From a virus, in IMG/VR virus record IMGVR_UViG_3300045988_112931, positions 1-52,423 of that record: a stretch of DNA of 52,423 nt; one strand, 5' to 3'. The notes under the pieces were generated by a model, which saw only the letters and a list, made by a program, of their open reading frames with translations, ran no database searches and was not told the origin of the DNA. Positions 51,401 through 52,423 of this stretch are shown piece after piece (positions within the stretch are counted from its first letter, which is position 1; each line of letters starts with the position of its first letter). Both the position numbers and the translations under genes were made by a program.

Positions 51401-51689
51401 GTGTACCATGAAGGAAAAACTCTGCATCCAAAAGGTCGTACCGACTTGAATAGAACTGAACGGTATATTCCCAACCAAGAGATGTCTCCCTTTTCGTCAC
51501 CTTCTCATTATGCCGGATCTTGTATTTTGTCCCTTCAAAGTCTATATAGTCGTTGATTTGAAGGTTTACCACATTTCGGGAAAGAAAATTCAGGGTAAGA
51601 GTGTCCTCACCCATGATCTCTTCGACCGTATAACTGTTATCCTTCAAATAAACATCACAAACTACCGTATTTCCGCGCTTTATTTCCAT
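48429..51689 (-). CDS. Tal-like tail-tip / minor structural protein with a C-terminal fibre region
   Basis: 1086 aa. The N-terminal roughly 400 aa resemble the siphovirus minor structural protein / prophage tail endopeptidase N-terminal region. The C-terminus has Gly-rich repeated units (IRIWSGGTAG...FRVESNG and VRIWAGNATP...FKVYQNG). Confidence 0.6.
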   Translation of the reverse strand: MEIKRGNTVVCDVYLKDNSYTVEEIMGEDTLTLNFLSRNVVNLQINDYIDFEGTKYKIRHNEKVTKRETSLGWEYTVQFYSSRYDLLDAEFFLHGTPERKKNFDYYTGTARDWLTLFVKNMNRTGSGWVAGSCIESRMVTLSFKDKKVGTVLDELIKELDTEYWISGQTINIGRREYSSNGLVLAQGEGMGFTELEVSAVDDTPPVTVLYPYGSDKNLGPDYGADYLLLPDGLLSIEKNVEKYGRIEKSMQFDHIFPKGEFAVTEKIDDYTLRAADMDFNLTDCLLDGVEVIVTFQDGGLAGYDLAIVEDSWDNDLKQFKLKQNDQENALKVPGDINFSVGDKFILTGLKMPQSYRDNASLQLQEEAQAWLDGKCEKRIQLRGKCDEIVFRLQNIFIACGQMVGVYSEQLDIDREIRVTKIKRYIEKDGTPSYRYELTLSDFLESNGFKDLVDDVNKVPEEIEDAVKPVREHTKRSWRDVMETLGMMFDPEGDYFTELIKPLAVHTAQLIVGTNSQQMELIGMKFIPNADNDANYFKNTTGKLVHFTVSEEIREWAIPAASFRLNNSLAYYVYAKCPKEGTNGSIYVSERQIKLEDETGFYHFWVGVLNTPEDGVRSWLPNYGYTEIAGQTITTGLIKDKLARLVIDLVNGTITGPVIFKSGTSGYNNISDRPNLQPLYDGVNDALTDAENASNVANNAQLTANNKARVFYQTTAPTSGMRTNDLWVDGENIYRYSGSKWVLASKYDNTITEINGGLITTGAIAFGSTGGMSASGTIRIWSGGTAGAKGQPPTDPTFRVESNGNVESRGSIYIANSNGEKLAGLSGGGTAGNSVRIWAGNATPANAPFKVYQNGDAYIGGLRMESGGLFSDNRYSGESSSKFFLYSSGSNAFLGFSSSGKWAGLGLNTLPSTLGGTSALMRLEYTTNHNDINYGAVINVNGGYRNYALFCNGGLRLNGAISTARYVRPGAKTNAIINDIGYMDTYLFQPTSYINVYLPSRNTVSSKMGTVYNDYGDSWSEIGYNSVIFIHVIVSRHATDAICVRPEDTNTPLVNENGDSITLDMRKGDCATFAYINQTWYLFNKNF

Positions 51690-51718
51690 ACTGCTAAATA
51701 ACCTACTTATTTTTAGGC

Positions 51719-51768
51719 AATAAAAAACACGGCAACCGGATATATGACATTTTACCGGTTGTCGTGTT
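51719..51768 (-). terminator. Rho-independent terminator between the membrane-protein gene and the Tal-like gene
   Basis: On the minus strand, ACACGACAACCGG-(15 nt)-CCGGTTGCCGTGT (13 bp, 1 mismatch) is followed by TTTTTATTG. Confidence 0.75.
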
Positions 51769-51806
51769 TTAATATATAAGGTAGATGTTCTGTTTATGGT
51801 AGATTT

Positions 51807-52331
51807 CTAAAGCGCAAGTCCACACGCGCCAAAAGTCGTAGACAACGCTGCAATCTCACACCAGAACATCGGCTTCGTTGATACAAAGTCCTGCCATATA
51901 TTACCACTCAACCGTTTACTCATGTCTATTACCGTGTAAACGATAAAAGCCAGCCACACCGGAATAAGAACCCACCAGAAAGACGTGCAGCCAACCCATA
52001 GCTGAGAAGAAAGCAACGTCAATGCCGCCGATCCACAATGAATGCGGTTTATCCAAGTGTCTTTGAAATCAGGAGCCAAACCGACACCAATCAAACCGAT
52101 ACAGGCTGCGATCGCCAGCAACCGCATAGTAAAGGTTGTACTCATTTCCCAAATGACCGGGAATAGGAACATAGCCGTCAGTGCCATGCTTGCCCCAAAG
52201 ATCAATTTATGATCAAGAGTATAATACGTCGCACTAATTGAGTACGGTACACCTTTTGCCTTTATACAAACTGCTGCCGTATAAACTGCGATAACCAAAA
52301 AAGAAATAATTAATAATAACATGATTTTCAA
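51807..52331 (-). CDS. Polytopic membrane protein (about 5-6 TM), moron candidate
   Basis: 174-aa ORF, hydrophobic almost throughout. It is flanked by hairpins on both sides. Confidence 0.65.
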   Translation of the reverse strand: MKIMLLLIISFLVIAVYTAAVCIKAKGVPYSISATYYTLDHKLIFGASMALTAMFLFPVIWEMSTTFTMRLLAIAACIGLIGVGLAPDFKDTWINRIHCGSAALTLLSSQLWVGCTSFWWVLIPVWLAFIVYTVIDMSKRLSGNIWQDFVSTKPMFWCEIAALSTTFGACGLAL

Positions 52332-52368
52332 ACTTTATTGTTTAACTTTGTTTCCGGAGACCCTCGGT

Positions 52369-52423
52369 CCCCTAATTTTCTTTTTTTACAGCCTCCAATC
52401 TGTGATAGCCTGGAGGCTGTTTT
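52369..52423. repeat. 55-bp terminal direct repeat, copy 2 (identical to 1-55)
   Basis: Read directly. Confidence 0.95.

Overview
This window looks like one complete genome of a siphovirus-like tailed phage, about 52.37 kb unique, from a Bacteroidales-type host. Bases 1-55 are identical to 52369-52423 and both copies end exactly at the window edges. That fits a circular assembly overlap (k=55) or terminal redundancy. Joining the ends also reunites a tail-gene module that the linear window splits.

Nearly all of the roughly 75 genes are on the minus strand. In order of transcription they form these modules:
- Early and replication-recombination genes, about 47.8 to 30.6 kb: Sak4-like ATPase, PD-(D/E)XK nuclease, NinB-like, NinG, SF2 helicase, DUF4373-type replication initiator, SNF2-helicase/DNA-methyltransferase fusion, C5 cytosine methyltransferase, YopX, SSB.
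- Small early genes, about 25.7 to 22.8 kb: ASCH, PAPS-reductase-like and ParB-like.
- Packaging and head genes, 22.8 to 15.5 kb: TerS, TerL, portal, scaffold, capsid.
- Head-tail joining and tail genes, 15.1 to 0.2 kb: major tail protein, G/GT chaperone with a -1 frameshift I verified by translation, a 1469-aa tape measure, and a cluster of fibre genes (Ala-rich, collagen-like, two Gly-rich, LamG).
- Across the junction: a membrane-protein cassette and a 1086-aa Tal-like protein.

A plus-strand accessory island at 25.9-30.6 kb carries an XRE repressor, a Zn-ribbon gene, an IS1182-family insertion, a cluster of GACACAG iteron-like repeats, an AT-rich membrane protein and a hicAB module. A second hicAB module sits between the portal and scaffold genes.

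I could not recognise an integrase, partition or Rep genes, or an endolysin.

The most interesting observations:
1. Homologous leader mini-ORFs containing G9 and G11 tracts precede two receptor-binding-protein genes. Their reading register decides whether translation ends on the downstream start codon.
2. The iteron-like array next to an AT-rich tract.
3. A DUF2829 (Tad2-like) fusion protein among the head-tail genes.
4. Two tRNA-like or structured RNA candidates in coding gaps.

All functional calls rest on motif and pattern recognition by eye. No database search was run.
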